Notes under the pieces: model-generated
Seen by the model: only the letters and a program-made list of their open reading frames with translations
Told to the model about the DNA's origin: nothing
Database searches by the model: none
Part shown: piece by piece, positions 18,865-28,836 of the stretch
Layout of the letters: each line of letters opens with the position of its first letter
Position numbering within the stretch: position 1 is the stretch's first letter
Assembly (NCBI GenBank): GCA_963744995.1
Contig: CAVUWA010000010.1
Location: forward strand, 448,001-512,000
Direction: 5' to 3'
DNA: 64,000 nucleotides
From: Candidatus Eiseniibacteriota bacterium
GTDB lineage: Bacteria > Eisenbacteria > RBG-16-71-46
Made by a program: the position numbers and the translations under genes

Positions 18865-20082
18865 ATGAAGGCCTGTTCTTTGTTTCACCTGTCCGACGGC
18901 GCGCTACGCCGCGACCTGTTCGCCGCCGTCGCGCGGAGTCGCGCCGGCACGGCCATGGAAGTGGCGCACATCGGCGAGTTCGACGCCCGGCGGCTCTACG
19001 CGGCCGAGGGCTATCCGTCGATGCACCGGTTCTGCGTGTGCGAGCTGCACCTGTCCGAGGACGCAGCGTTCCGGCGTATCCAGGTGGCGCGCAAGGCACG
19101 CGAGTTTCCCGCGATCTTCGCGATGCTCGCCGACGGGCGGCTGCACTTGAGCGCCGTGCTGCTGCTGTCGGCGCACCTGACCCGCGAAACGGCCGACAGG
19201 TTGCTGGCGGCCGCCGAGCACCGCAGCAAGCGCGAGATCGAGCAGTGGCTCGCCGAGCGATTCCCGAAGGACGACGTGCCGGAACAGGTGACGCCGATCC
19301 CCCCGGCGACCGACGACCGGCCGGCGGCCGCGGTGCAAGCGGGCGCCCGGGAGTCGGATGGCGCTTCCGATCCGGTCGCGGCGGCTGCCTGCGGCCCGGC
19401 CTCGACCGCGTCCGCAGCGCCGAAAATTGCCTCGATCCTGCAACCCGTTGCAATGCAAGGCCTCCAACTCGCGCCGGAGCGAGTGGGTCGCCGGGAGCCC
19501 TTCCCGCGCGTCACCCCGCTCGCGCCGGAGCGCTTTGCAGTCCAGTTCACGGTGAGCGCAAACGTGAACGAGCGACTGCAGTACGCGCAGGCCCTGCTGC
19601 GCAGCAGAATTCCTGCGGCCGGAATTCCCGACGTATTAGCGCATGCGCTCGAAGCGCTGATCCCGCAGCTCGAAAAGGCCAGGTTCGCGGCGACGGATCG
19701 TCCGCGGAAGCAGCGCGTCGCAGCGCGGGGCCGGACCATTCCCGCCGCGATCAAGCGCGAGGTCTGGAAACGAGACGGGGGCCGCTGCGCGTTCGTCGCC
19801 GGGAACGGCAGGCGTTGCAGCTCACGCGATGCGCTGGAATTCGATCACGTGCAGCCCGTGGCCAGAGGCGGCCGCACGACAGCGGGCAACCTCCGGCTGC
19901 TCTGCCGCGCGCACAACCAGTACGCCGCCGGGCAGGTCTTCGGTGAGGGCTTCATGCACCAGATCCGCGAGCGCGCCGGGCGCGCCGGAACGGAAGACCG
20001 TTCATTCGCTTCCGGCCCTGCCCCCGAAGCGCGCGAAAGCCCTCCCTGCCATCCTGCAGAGAGGGCTCGCGTGTCCGGGTGA
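18865..20082 (+). CDS. HNH endonuclease with helical N-terminal region (DUF222/13E12-like architecture)
   Basis: C-terminal R.IP...KREVW.RDGG.C......RC.....LEFDHVQP.ARGG.....NLRLLCRAHN. Confidence 0.85.
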   Translation: MKACSLFHLSDGALRRDLFAAVARSRAGTAMEVAHIGEFDARRLYAAEGYPSMHRFCVCELHLSEDAAFRRIQVARKAREFPAIFAMLADGRLHLSAVLLLSAHLTRETADRLLAAAEHRSKREIEQWLAERFPKDDVPEQVTPIPPATDDRPAAAVQAGARESDGASDPVAAAACGPASTASAAPKIASILQPVAMQGLQLAPERVGRREPFPRVTPLAPERFAVQFTVSANVNERLQYAQALLRSRIPAAGIPDVLAHALEALIPQLEKARFAATDRPRKQRVAARGRTIPAAIKREVWKRDGGRCAFVAGNGRRCSSRDALEFDHVQPVARGGRTTAGNLRLLCRAHNQYAAGQVFGEGFMHQIRERAGRAGTEDRSFASGPAPEARESPPCHPAERARVSG

Positions 20083-20086
20083 AGCG

Positions 20087-20656
20087 TCAGTTCGTCGCAG
20101 CCGAGTCGGAGTGCCGGTCCGCCGGTTCGAAATCCAGCGCCGCGGAGTTGATGCAGTAGCGCAGACCCGTCGGCTTCGGGCCGTCGTTGAAGACGTGACC
20201 CTGATGGCCGCCGCAGCGCGCGCACTCGACCTCCTCGCGCACCATGCCCCAGCTCGTATCGCGCACGATCTTCACGTGGCTCGGGTCGATCGGGGCCCAG
20301 AAGCTCGGCCAGCCCGTGCCCGACTCGAACTTGGTGTCCGAGCTGAACAGCGGCAGGCCGCAGGCGGCGCACACGTAGATTCCCTTCGCGTGGTTGTTCC
20401 AGTACCTGCCGGTGAAGGCGCGCTCGGTGCCTTCCTCACGCAGCACGTGGAACTGTTCGGGGGTGAGCAGTTTCCGCCATTCGGCCCGGGTGTGCTCGAC
20501 GTGGCCGACGGGCGCCGTTTCGCTGGCGGTTTTCATCGTGGCCTCCTTCGCCTTTGCGGGCGAGGCGGCCTTCCCCGGCGAACCGGCGAGCGCCATGGCC
20601 GCCAGCGACAGGATGATCGCGGCGGCGATCACGGTGATCAGGATCCGGTGGGTCAA
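20087..20656 (-). CDS. msrB: Peptide-methionine (R)-S-oxide reductase with signal peptide
   Basis: [39 protein letters not shown] start after GAAGGAG with a hydrophobic leader. Confidence 0.93.
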   Translation of the reverse strand: MTHRILITVIAAAIILSLAAMALAGSPGKAASPAKAKEATMKTASETAPVGHVEHTRAEWRKLLTPEQFHVLREEGTERAFTGRYWNNHAKGIYVCAACGLPLFSSDTKFESGTGWPSFWAPIDPSHVKIVRDTSWGMVREEVECARCGGHQGHVFNDGPKPTGLRYCINSAALDFEPADRHSDSAATN

Positions 20657-20810
20657 GGTCTCGCTCCTTCCGTCGATCGCGGGCGCGGCTCGCAGGCCCG
20701 GCACAGGTTCCGATGCCTTCCGCGGCGCGTCGATCCGACATGGAGACGTTTCCCGCGGGACGGTGTGACGGCCGCCCGGACGCCATGGCGCCGCGCGCGT
20801 CAATTCGGCG

Positions 20811-21416
20811 TCAAGCCTCGGCCAGCTTCGCCGCCAGCGCCCGCGCGGCGCGGGCGCGGTGCGAGATCCGGTTCTTTTCGTCCGCGTCCATCTCGGCCAG
20901 CGTGCGTTCCGAGCCCGCGGGCACGAACACCGGATCGTAACCGAACCCGCCCGCGCCGCGCGGCGTGCCGATCACGCGGCCTTCGAGCACGCCCTCCACC
21001 CACTCCTCGCGTCCGTCCGGGAACGCCGCGACGCACACGGTGCGGAAGCGCGCGGTGCGCCGCGCGGGCGGCACCCCGTCGAGCGCGGCGAGCAGCTTCT
21101 TCACGTTGTCGGCGTAGGTCGCATCGGGCCCGGCGTAGCGCGCGGCGTGCACGCCGGGCGCGCCGCCGAGGGCGTCCACTTCGAAACCGGTGTCGTCCGC
21201 GACCGTCAGCAGCCCCGTCAGAGCGAAACCCTCGCGCGCCTTGATGCGCGCATTCTCGAGCAGCGTCGCGCCGTCTTCGACCGGGCTCGCCGCACCGGGG
21301 ACATCGGCGAGCGAGGTCCATTCGATTCCCGCGCGTGCGATCAGCGCCGCGAGCTCGGCGAGCTTGTCGCGGTTGAACGTCGCGATCACGCCGCGCCGCC
21401 GAGCACTGCCGTTCAA
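20811..21416 (-). CDS. rdgB: dITP/XTP pyrophosphatase (RdgB/HAM1)
   Basis: [43 protein letters not shown]. Confidence 0.93.
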   Translation of the reverse strand: MNGSARRRGVIATFNRDKLAELAALIARAGIEWTSLADVPGAASPVEDGATLLENARIKAREGFALTGLLTVADDTGFEVDALGGAPGVHAARYAGPDATYADNVKKLLAALDGVPPARRTARFRTVCVAAFPDGREEWVEGVLEGRVIGTPRGAGGFGYDPVFVPAGSERTLAEMDADEKNRISHRARAARALAAKLAEA

Positions 21417-22216
21417 GCGCTCTCGTTCCCGGCCGGCAGCAGCCCGGCGTCGCCGAGCAGGCGGCGCTGCGCCGCGACGATGCGGCGGATGCCGCCGCGC
21501 GCGAGCGAAAGCAGCGCGCGCAGCTCTTCCTGCGAGAACGTGGTCGATTCGCCCGTGCCCTGCACCTCGACGTAGCGCCCCGCGCCGGTCATGACCACGT
21601 TCATGTCGACCTCGGCGCGCACGTCCTCGATGTACTCGAGGTCCAGGCATGGCGTGCCGTCCACCAGTCCGACCGAGATCGCCGCGACGGTGTCCCGGAA
21701 CGGCGGCTGCTTCAGCTGGTTTGCATTCGAGAGGTGCACGAACGCGTCGTGCAGCGCGACCAGCGCGCCGTTGATCGCCGCGGTACGCGTGCCCCCGTCG
21801 GCCTCGATCACGTCGCAGTCGAGCGTGATCATGCGCTCGCCGAACGCCTTCAGGTCGGTGACCGCGCGCAGCGAGCGCCCGATCAGCCGCTGGATCTCCT
21901 GCGCCCGCCCGCCGGTCTGTGCCGTGCGCGGTGTGCGCTGACCGGTCGAGCGCGGCAGCATCGCGTACTCGGCGGTCACCCAGCCCTGGCCCTTGCCCTT
22001 GAGCCAGTTGGGCACGCGGTCCTCGACCGTCGCGGTGCAGAGCACGCGGGTGCGGCCCATGGACACCAGCGCCGAGCCCTCCGCGTGCGGCAGGAAGTGT
22101 CGCTGGATCTTGAACGCGCGCGCCTGTCTGGGCTTCCTGCCGCCCGGGCGCTCGAACGCCTGCGCGGCGGGCGCCTGTGCTTCACGGTCGCGAATCGGTT
22201 GCGGCTTGCGGGTCAT
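21413..22216 (-). CDS. rph: Ribonuclease PH
   Basis: [47 protein letters not shown]. Confidence 0.96.
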   Translation of the reverse strand: MTRKPQPIRDREAQAPAAQAFERPGGRKPRQARAFKIQRHFLPHAEGSALVSMGRTRVLCTATVEDRVPNWLKGKGQGWVTAEYAMLPRSTGQRTPRTAQTGGRAQEIQRLIGRSLRAVTDLKAFGERMITLDCDVIEADGGTRTAAINGALVALHDAFVHLSNANQLKQPPFRDTVAAISVGLVDGTPCLDLEYIEDVRAEVDMNVVMTGAGRYVEVQGTGESTTFSQEELRALLSLARGGIRRIVAAQRRLLGDAGLLPAGNESA

Positions 22217-22253
22217 GCAGGCTCCATGCGGCGCGCGGCGAAGCGCGCGCGGT

Positions 22254-23114
22254 TCAGGCCTGGGCGGCGCTCTTCTCGTCCGGAAGCGCGCGCTCGAACC
22301 AGGGCAGGTCGGTTTGATCCACGATCGCGATCGGCGGCAGCTCGTGGCCGAGGAACGCCTGCGCGACGCGGCGGAAGCTCTGCGGCTCGTCGCTCAGGAA
22401 GAAGCGGTGTGCGGGCTGTCCGGAGGCGAGCTGCCCGCGCTGCTGCAGCAGCCGCGCGAGCGCGCGCGCCGCTTCGGCGCCCGAGTCGAGCAGCTTCACC
22501 CCCGGTCCCATGATGTCCTGCACGACCGGCGCGATGAGCGGGTAGTGCGTGCAGCCGAGGATCAGGCTCTCGATGTGGCCGTTCCTGAGCTCGGTCAGGT
22601 ACTCCTCGGCGACCTCGCGCAGCACCGGATGCGTGAGCCAGCCCTCCTCGATGAGCGGCACGAACAACGGACAGGCGCGCGAGATCACGCTCGCGCCCGG
22701 GGCGAGCTTCGCGATCGCGTGCGGATAGGCGCCACTCGCCACCGTGCCGAGCGTGCCGATCACGCCGATCCGGCCGTGCGGGCTCGCCTGGACGGCCGAC
22801 TCGACGGCCGGATCGATCACGCCGACCACCGGAACGTCCAGTCGCCGCGTCAGCGCCTCGAGCGCGTGCGACGATGCGGTGTTGCAGGCGACCAGCAGGC
22901 ACTTCACGTTCTGTCGCACCAGGAACGCGGCGATCTCGAGCGCGAAGCGCGTCACCGTCGCGCGCGACTTGCCGCCGTACGGCAGGCGCGCGGTGTCGCC
23001 GAAGTACACGATCGATTCGCCCGGGAGCTGGCGAAACAGCTCGCGCACGGCGGTGAGCCCGCCGAGGCCGGAGTCGAATACGCCGATGGGGCGGGAATCG
23101 TGCGTCGCGGGCAT
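22254..23114 (-). CDS. murI: Glutamate racemase
   Basis: [29 protein letters not shown]. Confidence 0.96.
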   Translation of the reverse strand: MPATHDSRPIGVFDSGLGGLTAVRELFRQLPGESIVYFGDTARLPYGGKSRATVTRFALEIAAFLVRQNVKCLLVACNTASSHALEALTRRLDVPVVGVIDPAVESAVQASPHGRIGVIGTLGTVASGAYPHAIAKLAPGASVISRACPLFVPLIEEGWLTHPVLREVAEEYLTELRNGHIESLILGCTHYPLIAPVVQDIMGPGVKLLDSGAEAARALARLLQQRGQLASGQPAHRFFLSDEPQSFRRVAQAFLGHELPPIAIVDQTDLPWFERALPDEKSAAQA

Positions 23115-23665
23115 CACAGGCTCCGGTCGCCGCCCCACTCGGCGATTTCGAGCGGGCGATCGAGCGACACGTGGCCACCGAGCGTCACCAGCGGCGATCC
23201 GCCGCACACGATCTGCACGCGCTCCACGTCCGGCATGTTGGCTCCCAGGGTGCGGACCAGCGACGATACGGCCATGACTTCGGCGGTGGATCCGCCGTGG
23301 AACCCCTGCAGAAACGCCCTCGACAGATCGATCGTCAGGAGCCCTTTGCCGTCGGCGTACACGTTCAACACCGACGTGCCGGCCGGCAGTGCGGCGATGC
23401 CGCCTTCGCGCGGCCCCCGATCGAGCTCGGCGACCAGTGCCGCCGCCATCGCGTGAAGGCTCTCGGGTTGCGGCAGCTCGCGCGTCTCGACGACGAGACT
23501 GTCGCCGCCCGGTGCGGCGAAGTAGAGCCGCACCGTCTTCATCCCGACGGCGATGGAATCGGCGCTCGTGCTGCGCGGCACGGGCGTCACCGACACCCGG
23601 CTCCATTGATACGCGAGCCACGCTAGCACAGCGAAGAAGAGCAGACCAAGAATCATGCGGCGCAT
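23114..23665 (-). CDS. GerMN domain-containing membrane-anchored protein
   Basis: N-terminal TM; VRLYF...L.V.TR, L..GP, SLVRTL.....V.RVQI, TLGGHVSL..PL. Confidence 0.82.
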   Translation of the reverse strand: MRRMILGLLFFAVLAWLAYQWSRVSVTPVPRSTSADSIAVGMKTVRLYFAAPGGDSLVVETRELPQPESLHAMAAALVAELDRGPREGGIAALPAGTSVLNVYADGKGLLTIDLSRAFLQGFHGGSTAEVMAVSSLVRTLGANMPDVERVQIVCGGSPLVTLGGHVSLDRPLEIAEWGGDRSL

Positions 23666-23669
23666 GCGA

Positions 23670-25105
23670 TCACTCGTTCCGGCGATAGGCTTCGATGCCG
23701 TCGGCGAGCGTCGAAGCCAGGATCCTGAGTCCGTCCTCGCGCGTGATGCGCGTGCGGTCGGCGGGCCAGGTGAGGCTCGCACACTCGAGCATCACCCCGG
23801 GCGCGTCCACGCCGACCAGCGGATACGGCAGCATCTCGCGCAGCCGCGTCGGGCCCTGGCCGCGCAGCTCCATGGCCGAGAGCAGCGCCTCGGCGAGCGC
23901 GCGGCTGTCGACCGCGTGCGTGTACGGCACGTCACGCCACGAGCGCAGCGACCAGCCGGACTCGGTGGTGGCCCCGGCGGCCGTCGCGGCGGCGGTGGCG
24001 GGCGGGCAGTAGGCCGTCGCGCCCGCCACGCGCGATCCTTCGAAGCCGTCGAAGTGCAGCGAGATCACCAGGTCGGCGCGCACGCGGTTGGCGAACTCGG
24101 CGCGCTGCTCGGCCGGCAGGGTGCGGTCGTCGTCGCGGGTGAGCAGCACGCGCACCGGCATGCGCACGGCGAGCTCGTCGCGCAGCAGGTGCGCCAGCTC
24201 GAGCGTGAGGTTCTTCTCCTGCACCCCGTCGCCCCGTGCGCCGACGTCCACGCCGCCATGCCCCGGGTCGAGCACGATGAGCGCGATGTCGCGCGGTCCG
24301 GCGGGTGCGGCCGGCGCGAAGGCCTCGTCGCCCTTCTCGCGTTGGCGGTGAAATTCGATCGTGACCTGCCCGCCGCGGGCATCCCGCGCGACCTGAAAGC
24401 CCTGCGCGTCCGGCGCCAGCGCGAACTCGAACGCGCAGCCCTGTACTGCGGAGATCGCACGCACGCCGCGCACGAGGCCCGCGGCCGGCAGCGAGTCGGG
24501 CAGGGTGCCCGAGAACACGCCGTCGAAGCGCACCCGGAAGCGCCCGCGCGCGCGCCCGGCGACCGTCATGCCCTCCGGGTGGTCGGCGGGGAACGTGACC
24601 CGCGCGAGGTCCGCCCCGGGCCGGAACGAGGGCGTGCCCACCACGCCGCCGGGCGGCACCGCCAGCACGACGCGGCGCCGCGGGTCGTGCAGCAGGCGCG
24701 GCCAGCCCGCCGCGTTCCGCATCACGTCCACGATCGCCGCCGGCACGAGCATCTCGCCGCCCTCGAGCGTGACGGGCGCCGGCAGGAAGCGGGTCGTGTC
24801 GTCCACCAGCACGAACGGGTCGTCCACGGTGAGCACCAGCCGGTGCGCACCGAGCCGGAGCTCGAGCTTCCTGAGGTCGGCGCGCCAGAAGCGCGTCGCG
24901 CCGAGCAGGCGGCCGAGCTCGACCGCGGAGATCACCGGCACGCCGTTCGCGTCGCGCGTATCGGTGTAGTCGAGTGATGGGTTGAGCTCGAGCGCGGGCG
25001 GCGTCTGCGCGTGCGCGGGCGTCCGCGCGAGCAGGAACGCGCCGCCTGCCGCCGCGAGCGCGAGGCAGCGAGCAGCGCCGGCGCAAGCCGGGCGCGGCGG
25101 CTCAT
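23670..25105 (-). CDS. N-acetylmuramoyl-L-alanine amidase (Amidase_3); apparent 1-nt frameshift in the signal peptide near 25065
   Basis: LDPGHGG, EKNLTL, LTR.DD, RAEFAN, ISLHFD, MLE. ATG 25105 (MSRRARLAPALLA) is one base out of frame with LALAAAGGAFLLARTPAHAQ. Confidence 0.85.
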
Positions 25106-25584
25106 CGGCTCGCGCTCGGCCTCGCGGCGCGCGCGGGCGATCTCGCGCTGCGCGTCACGCTCGGCCATGGCGTGACGCTTGTCGTAGGTCTTCTTGCCCT
25201 TCGCGATCGCGATCAGCACCTTGGCCTTGCCCTTGCGAGAAGTAGAGCTTGAGCGGAATGAGCGTCTGGCCCTTCTGCTCGACCGCCTCGGCCATGCTGG
25301 TCGATCTCGCGCCGGTGCATGAGCAGCTTGCGGCGGCGGATCGGATCCTGGTTCCAGCGGTTGCCCTGATCGTACGGCGGAATGTGCATCTGGCGAATGT
25401 ACGCCTGGCCGTCCTCGATCGTCGCGTAGGCCTCGGCGAGGCTCGCCTTGCCGGTGCGCAGGCTCTTGACCTCGACGCCCTTCAGCACGAGCCCGGCCTC
25501 GACCGTGTCGAGGATCGTGTAATCGTGCCGTGCGCGCCGGTTCTGCGCGATCAGCTTCTCGTTGGGATCGGTGTCCTTGGCCAT
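25102..25584 (-). pseudogene. smpB: SsrA-binding protein SmpB with 2-3 frameshifts (probably sequencing errors)
   Basis: IAQNRRARHDY...EAGLVLKGVEVKSLR...RKLLMHRREID; then MAEAVEQKGQTLIPLKLYF in another frame; then KAKVLIAIAKGKKTYDKRH in a third frame. Confidence 0.9.
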
Positions 25585-25668
25585 GGCGGACCGCTCTCGG
25601 CCCGGATCGGGCGGGGGTCTCCCGGATGGGGAACGGCCCCGGCGGCATCGCCCGCCGGAGCGCTTCGA

Positions 25669-25755
25669 TGGTGCGGAAGGGGGGATTTGAACCCCCACAC
25701 CCTTTCGGGCACTAGAACCTGAATCTAGCGCGTCTGCCAGTTCCGCCACTTCCGC
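25669..25755 (-). tRNA. tRNA-Leu(CAG)
   Basis: GCGGAAGTGGCGGAACTGGCAGACGCG-CTAGA-TTCAGGT-TCTAG, long variable arm, ends TTCCGCACCA; 87 nt. Confidence 0.97.
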
Positions 25756-25772
25756 ACGTTGGCCGGGCGGCG

Positions 25773-25801
25773 ACTATAGGGGGTCGCCTGTGGAGCGTCA
25801 A
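25773..25801 (-). promoter_or_regulatory. sigma70 promoter of tRNA-Leu / smpB operon
   Basis: TTGACG-17 nt-TATAGT with a GC-rich discriminator. Confidence 0.7.
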
Positions 25802-25906
25802 CGTCATGAAAACCGCGCCCGGGGCGGCCCGAAGCGCAAGCGGGCGGCCCCTCGCAGGGACCGCCCGCCGGGCGCCGTGCGGCGCCTGTCGCTGGTCTTT
25901 TCCCGC

Positions 25907-26434
25907 TCAGTTCGACGGCGGCAGCAGCACCGTGTCGATGACGTGGATCACGCCGTTGCGGGCCTTGATGTCGGTGGCCACCACCTTCGCGTCGTTGATC
26001 TTGACGTCGCTTCCCGACGACCGAGATCTGCACGGCGCGCCGTTGAGCGTCGGCGCCGAGGTCAGATTCACGACGTCGGCCGCCAGCACCTCGCCCGCGA
26101 CCACGTGGTACTTGAGGATCGAGGCGAGCTTCTCCGGATCGGCGAGCAGCGCCTGGATCGTGGCATCGCCGAGCTTCGCGAATGCCGCGTCGGTCGGCGC
26201 GAACACCGTGAGCGGACCCTGGCCCTGCCCGGACAGGACGCCGGTGAGGCCGGCGGCGTCCACCGCCGCGAGCAGCGTGTTGAAGTTCCCCGCGGCTTTC
26301 GCGGTCTGGACGATGTTCGGGAGCTGCTTCTCGCCGTAGCTCCCTTTGCCGCCGGCGAAGGCGGCGCCTGCCGGGAGCGCGATCAACAGCGCTCCGGCGA
26401 GCAGCATCGTGGCACGGACGTGCGTCCGGTACAT
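25907..26434 (-). CDS. Secreted fasciclin (FAS1) domain protein
   Basis: RBS GAGGAGG; F.TLLAAV.AAGL, TVFAPTDAAF, ILKYHVV, NGVIHVIDTVLLP. Confidence 0.92.
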   Translation of the reverse strand: MYRTHVRATMLLAGALLIALPAGAAFAGGKGSYGEKQLPNIVQTAKAAGNFNTLLAAVDAAGLTGVLSGQGQGPLTVFAPTDAAFAKLGDATIQALLADPEKLASILKYHVVAGEVLAADVVNLTSAPTLNGAPCRSRSSGSDVKINDAKVVATDIKARNGVIHVIDTVLLPPSN

Positions 26435-26600
26435 GGGTGACCTCCTCGTTTGCGTGCGTGCGTCGTGCGAATCGTGTACGGGGCGCGGAGCCCCCTGGAG
26501 CTCCGCGCCCACATTCCTTCGGATTCACGTGCGCACGTGCAGACGGCGTGCACGAGGTTTGGCCGGCGTGTATTCGTGGATTCAAAGAACGACGTGCCCC

Positions 26601-26735
26601 TCACCGGTGCTTCGTCCTCAGGGTCCCCCGGATCGAGTCCTCCACCGGCGTGCCCGGGTCGCAGAACTTGATGCGGAAGATCAGATCGAAGAGCGGCCGC
26701 GGTGTGAGCGTCGGGATGGGCGTCCCCGAATCCAT
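26601..26735 (-). pseudogene. 44-aa ORF or relic ending in a decayed WGxLKxxYR-type tail
   Basis: MDSGTPIPTLTPRPLFDLIFRIKFCDPGTPVEDSIRGTLRTKHR*; TGATG-coupled to the upstream gene. Confidence 0.45.
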
Positions 26736-27214
26736 CACGCTCCGCCCGACTCCTCGCGCAGCGCTTCCAGCTCTGCGACCGCCTCGAGGTCCTTTGGGCG
26801 CCCGGCCGCACGCTTGACCTCGATCAACTTATCGAGGGACAGGCACCTGATGCCCCGACCCGACAGCTCGATCGTGAGGGTGTGCGGGACGAGCCTCTCG
26901 AACGTTCCGCCCCCCGAGATCTCACCGAAGAGGTCGAGCGGTCCGAGATCAGTACTGAGCGTGAAGTTCAGACCACGCCGGATCGTCTCTGCGTCGAGAC
27001 GGAAGGGGAGCCCGGGTGGCGCGCCGCGCAGATACGGGTGGTGTGCCGCGAGCGCCTGCGCGATCCGCTCGATGTTCACAGGCTCACGCGAATAGACGAC
27101 GTCCACGTCATACGTCGCTCTCGCGGATCCGTGGACCGTCGCCGCCAGCCCTCCGACCAGGACGAACTCGACGCCGGCGTCGGCCAGATGCTCCAACAGG
27201 CCATCGGGGCTCAT
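26735..27214 (-). CDS. Nucleotidyltransferase-family protein (putative TA component)
   Basis: FVLVGGLA...HG..RATYDVD; C-terminal LIEVK.AAGRPKDL. Confidence 0.8.
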   Translation of the reverse strand: MSPDGLLEHLADAGVEFVLVGGLAATVHGSARATYDVDVVYSREPVNIERIAQALAAHHPYLRGAPPGLPFRLDAETIRRGLNFTLSTDLGPLDLFGEISGGGTFERLVPHTLTIELSGRGIRCLSLDKLIEVKRAAGRPKDLEAVAELEALREESGGA

Positions 27215-27402
27215 CCGCGGGTGGTCCTGCGTCCGGCCCGCCGGACCCGCTCGGCCGCCCGCAGGAAGTCGAACAGCTTGCGGAGCCGTTGCTCCGGCGT
27301 GAGCCCGAGATTCTCACGCAACAGGGTGCGGTCCACGTCGCGCTTGTACACGGCGAGAACGGCGTCGATGCTGTTCGCGGGATGGGCGCGGTGGTCGCTC
27401 AT
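27211..27402 (-). CDS. Small partner of the nucleotidyltransferase (putative antitoxin-like)
   Basis: YKRDVDRTLLRENL.LTPEQRL; ATGA overlap with the NTase start. Confidence 0.7.
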   Translation of the reverse strand: MSDHRAHPANSIDAVLAVYKRDVDRTLLRENLGLTPEQRLRKLFDFLRAAERVRRAGRRTTRG

Positions 27403-27935
27403 GGGCGATACTGTAATCCTGCGGCGCAGTTCCAGGCGAACGACGGGACGGACCGCCCGCGGTGTGCGTCGTCCTCACCGACGCCAGGTTCGTTCCCTGG
27501 CTCGCCCCCGACACGTAAAGCCGCACCTGCAGACGGCCCGCGCCGGAGAAGCTCGGAATCGTGATGCGCGCGTTGCCGCCGGCGTCGGTCGAGTCGTCCG
27601 CGAAGACTTTGACGCCCGCGTCGTTCACCGCGAGGTTCCCGCTCGCTGTCGTGTACGTCACCCAGATCGACTCCGGCGGCACCCCGGCGCGCACGTTGCA
27701 GAACGCGTCCTCGTAGTGCACGCCGATGCGCAGGCGCGCGGGATGGATGCTGCCTCCGGCGAACACCAGCGTGTCACCGCCGGGGCAGGCGGAGACCGAG
27801 TCCTTGAGTCCCCAGACAACGTTCGGCAACGGAATGGGGCTGAACTGCAAGCAGTCGGCAGAACTCCGGCGCGGGGGGGTCAGCAGGACCGCGTTGAGCG
27901 CGAGGAGGAGGGCAAGGGGGGGCAAGTCGGGCCAT
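27314..27935 (-). pseudogene. Secreted Ig-like protein, frameshifted in a C7 tract and apparently 3'-truncated
   Basis: GGAGGT RBS + ATG 27935 (MARLAP) becomes in-frame with LALLLALNAVLL if C7 is read as C6. Body has ACPGGD and TDAGGNARITIPS.SG.G. The tail after VRTT looks non-coding. Confidence 0.55.
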
Positions 27936-28150
27936 GGGGCACCTCCGTGTTGCGCGTGCGGCTGCCCCGTATTGTCCTCCCCGCCGGCCTCAGATTCCAT
28001 GGAAAATCCTGCCCATGGAGATCGGCGCGTTCAGCATGACTGATCACCAGCCGCCGGATCTGGTCCGCACCGGCATCAACTCCCTGAGCGAGGCGCGGCA
28101 CGACGACCACCCCGCTTCGAGAGTGGTCGTCGCACCAAACGCCTGCCTCG

Positions 28151-28786
28151 TCATCGGTACAGCGTCTTGAGCCTCCCCCAGCTCGCGTTCTCGACCGGCG
28201 TCGAGTCGCACGTGTTCGGCGCGCCCGGCGTCGGACTGCAACCGTTGCCCTGCGGATCGGCGCCGCCGGTGTAGGGGTTCATCCCGTCGAACAGCGTCCA
28301 CGCGCCGGAGGCGTCGGGGAAGCGGCCGATCGCGCGGTCGGCGGCGGCCTCGTGGCTCGCGTACGTGTAGCTGTCAATCAGCGTCGTGTCGCTCGCGCCG
28401 ATCTCCCACAGCATCACGGTGTCGCCCGAGTTGCCGAGCGAGAGGCCGAACGCGCTCTGGCCGTTGTCGTGTTCCCAGTTGTAGGCGTCGCCGCCGAACA
28501 CGACGAGCCGCGCGCCCGGCGCGAGCGTGCCCGAGCAGCGGAAGCGCGGCGTGCCGCCCGCGTCGGTGATGAGGTACGGCGTGAGATCGAGAGAAACCGC
28601 GCCGTCGTTCACGAGCTCGACCCACTCGTCGTCGCGCGACGAGAACGCGCCGCTGCCGTCCCAGTCGCTGGCCGGCCCGGCCATGATCTCGTTGAGCACG
28701 AGCCCCGCGCACGCGTGCGAGGGGGCGAGCGCCGCCTGCGCGCCGACCGCGAGCAGGGTGATCAGAAGGGTCCTGTGGAGATGCAT
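28151..28786 (-). CDS. Lamin-tail-domain (LTD) secreted protein with C-terminal WGRLKTLYR tail
   Basis: LVLNEIMA.P, DEWVELVN, SL.NSGD.V, TPGAPN; ends TPVENASWGRLKTLYR. Confidence 0.85.
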   Translation of the reverse strand: MHLHRTLLITLLAVGAQAALAPSHACAGLVLNEIMAGPASDWDGSGAFSSRDDEWVELVNDGAVSLDLTPYLITDAGGTPRFRCSGTLAPGARLVVFGGDAYNWEHDNGQSAFGLSLGNSGDTVMLWEIGASDTTLIDSYTYASHEAAADRAIGRFPDASGAWTLFDGMNPYTGGADPQGNGCSPTPGAPNTCDSTPVENASWGRLKTLYR

Positions 28787-28836
28787 GTGTGACTCCCTGG
28801 GGGGCGGTGATGGCGGGGGCGATGTGTGAGTGCGCG

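Noticed and set aside
18865..20082. HNH protein as IscB/Cas9-like RNA-guided nuclease
   Set aside because: No PLMP or RuvC motifs are visible; the HNH domain is C-terminal and alone.
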